A stretch of DNA of 64,000 nt. Source: Amphiscolops sp. MND2022. Its lineage: Eukaryota. A program made the position numbers and the translations under genes. A model generated the notes under the pieces. The model had not been told where the DNA came from. It searched no databases and saw nothing but the letters and a program-made list of their open reading frames with translations. Of this stretch, positions 61,690-64,000 are shown piece after piece; within the stretch, counting starts at the first letter, position 1; the number at the start of each line of letters is the position of its first letter. The DNA lies in the NCBI GenBank assembly GCA_964187785.1, contig OZ076411.1, positions 59,148,001-59,212,000 of the forward strand, in the 5' to 3' direction.

Positions 61690-62752
61690 ATTCTTTGTTC
61701 CACCAGTTTTTGTGAACCGAAATATAGTAGAACGGTAAATATCCGGTACTCAGTGGCCACCTTGTGTCTTTTCTTTTTCTCTCAATTTTGTGTGTCATGT
61801 TTTGGTGTTAAAAGTTTGTGACGACTTACTGTCTTTCTGTAAGTATAAATTGGCTCTAAAGGAAATATTGCAGTCTACTTTTATCCCCCTCCCCATTTCA
61901 TCCATGTACACATTCGTGTAGGTTGTATTTTTTTGGAGCTGATACTTAACTAGTGAAATGAGTGGGTTCAATCAGATAATTTATCGGTCACGTGACTAAT
62001 TTACATGTAGGGTTGCTTTCATTTTTTGTGTTGAAGCCAAAAAAACTTTATGACGCCTGAAAAGTACATGATGAAACATGCCTTAACATTTTGGTTGTCT
62101 GTCACTGTTGTTTGACTAAGTATTTGTACATACATCATTTAGAAAGCATTTTTATGGCAACTGTAAAATTTTTATAGCTATATGAAGACAATGAAAAGCA
62201 TTGATCATAATGACAAAAATTGTCTTAATCTATACTTAGAGCAAAATAGAAAGATAAAGTAACCCTGTAGGCTTCATAAATACAGCGTGTATTTACACCA
62301 ACGAAGAAACATCTTTTCTGTACGTATAGACAATATTAATAGATTAGATTGATAAGCTGACATAAAGCTCTGATCTACTTAAGTCCAGCTTTCATCTCCA
62401 ATTTTTAAACATAAAAGCATATGCGGTCAAAACAGTCTACTGCTTTTTTTAAAAGATCTCTTGTCGAGTTCCATTTAGCTAGTTGAAGTACTCACCTTAA
62501 AATCGTTTTTAAAAAATTGAAATTTCATCCTAAAACTATGGCAAGACCCATGTTTCCATCCATGAATCCACCGAGGTGTCCTTCGATATTCCATACTTCG
62601 TGCAAAGAAATTCACGTGGGAACATGATCATGAATATTCATTCACCTAGTTCGACGATCACGTGCGACAAGCCATATGGTTTTGGATTTGTGATGTCACA
62701 AATTTGGCTTAAATGGTTCTCACCCGGGACGTTTTTTCTTGTTCATGCTTAC

Positions 62753-62863
62753 CCTTTTAGAGAGTTGGTTGTCCATCATGAAGTTGTGCACATGCTTCTC
62801 CGCCCTTGTCAGCTCCAGTTTGCGAGCGAGCACGGCCACCACCATCGCTGTGCAGCCAGCACC
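62753..62863 (-). CDS. KCNN: SK/KCNN exon (S6 end, [37 protein letters not shown])
   Basis: cacag|GGT...AGG|gtaagc; 111 nt; near-invariant SK sequence. Confidence 0.96.
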
Positions 62864-63870
62864 CTGTGAAACATTCATGTTTTTTGCAAAAAACATGCAT
62901 TATTAAAACCAGGGATTTAAACCAAACTGAAAACTTCAATGAATAGCCGTCAGTCTACACTACTGACTTCGCTCAAAACCATGAATTAGTTACCATGAAT
63001 CTGTACTTTCAAAGCAAAATAATATCAGCCGTTAATTTTTAAAAAGTTTGGTTTGAGGAGACGCAGGGTTGGCGAAAAAGTGTTTTTTTTACAGAAAAAA
63101 CGTTTAAAACATTTTTAACGTTCAAAACGTTTTAAAATGCGTTTTTTAAATTCTGTTTTTTTTTTCAATGAAAACAGCAAATGAATGAAAAATCATCCAT
63201 TTTCATGAAATGACAACAAATTATTATGACGACCAATTATTTCATAATTCATTCATCATTCAGACAACTCAGGCAAAAGGCAAGTTTTGCAACTTTTTCA
63301 GCCAAGAGTCTGTTCCTCAGATCAGAATGCACAAAACCCATACAAAATGTAATGTGCACTTCTGTCGAAGTCAGCCCATACAGGGCTGAGTTTTCTCCCC
63401 GTACTTGCCATGTATTATCCGAAAAAAAACATCTAAATAAAACAGCCAAAAATTTCAAGTGTTTAAATCATGTATTTCCCGGCAAAATTTCCAATTTTAT
63501 AACCAAGCAATTGCGTGAATTAAATGAAACGATGTGCAGTTTGCAACGCATCGCCATTCATTCCATATGCGCCATTTATTCCATTGCATCAAGAGGCCTG
63601 TAAAACAAAGCATACTACGAATGCGCACAAAAAATTGCATGAGACCCGGGGCTCTTAGTTTAATTAAAAGATGCACGCGAATTTGACGTTTTAATGAAAC
63701 AGTAGATTAAATTCAAGTACAGCGTAGGTTGTGCAACTGCAGGAAACCCATTTAGACAGCGTCCAATTCAAGTGATTGACGGAATATTCCGCGATGATGT
63801 CACTGTAAGCTATAGTGGATTAAGTCATGGTATTACGTAATGTGGTGCTGATGGTTCAGTTTAGACTAAC

Positions 63871-64000
63871 CATGAGACCGCAGAGAATAGCGACACCGCG
63901 TCCACAGTAAGTCATTGGAGATATGTCACCGTAGCCGATGGCGAAAAAAGTGATACCGACGAGGTACATCGAGTCCAAGAAGTTGTTTATCATTCCCACT
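63871..64000 (-). CDS. KCNN: SK/KCNN pore exon, truncated by the window edge
   Basis: NFLDSMYLVGITFFAIGYGDISPMTYCGRGVAILCGLM|gttagt; GYG filter. Confidence 0.95.

Noticed and set aside
62576-62869. Plus-strand ORF of 97 aa, and 62757-62939 in another frame
   Set aside because: Shadow frames of the SK S6 exon.
1-64000. Assigning a species (the repeat landscape is reminiscent of acoel-type marine invertebrate genomes)
   Set aside because: Impression only; it needs a database search with the mib2 or KCNN exons.

Overview
AT-rich metazoan genomic DNA with spliceosomal GT-AG introns and a very high transposon content; the species cannot be fixed from sequence alone. Host genes, all on the minus strand: (1) a complete 5-exon mind bomb E3 ligase (999 aa, 5757-13459) with a MIB2-type N-terminus but three RING fingers; (2) the last five exons of an SK/KCNN calcium-activated K+ channel (45671-64000, continuing beyond the window), whose selectivity filter reads TFFAIGYGD; (3) one or two poorly defined genes at 1.6-4.5 kb. 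Mobile DNA: a decayed ~13.5 kb Ty3/Gypsy element (24876-38387), an integrase-less 4.6 kb Gypsy element, four solo LTRs with 5-bp TSDs, a Helentron/HINE-like family, nested TIR MITEs, and MULE and LINE relics. The most striking observation is inside the large Gypsy element. Between integrase and the PPT it carries an antisense, 3-intron gene of about 1250 codons resembling a BED-finger hAT transposase with a degenerate first catalytic motif. The LTRs of this family also encode about 190 codons of Gag and begin with a conserved hairpin. All coordinates and divergence values were read by eye.
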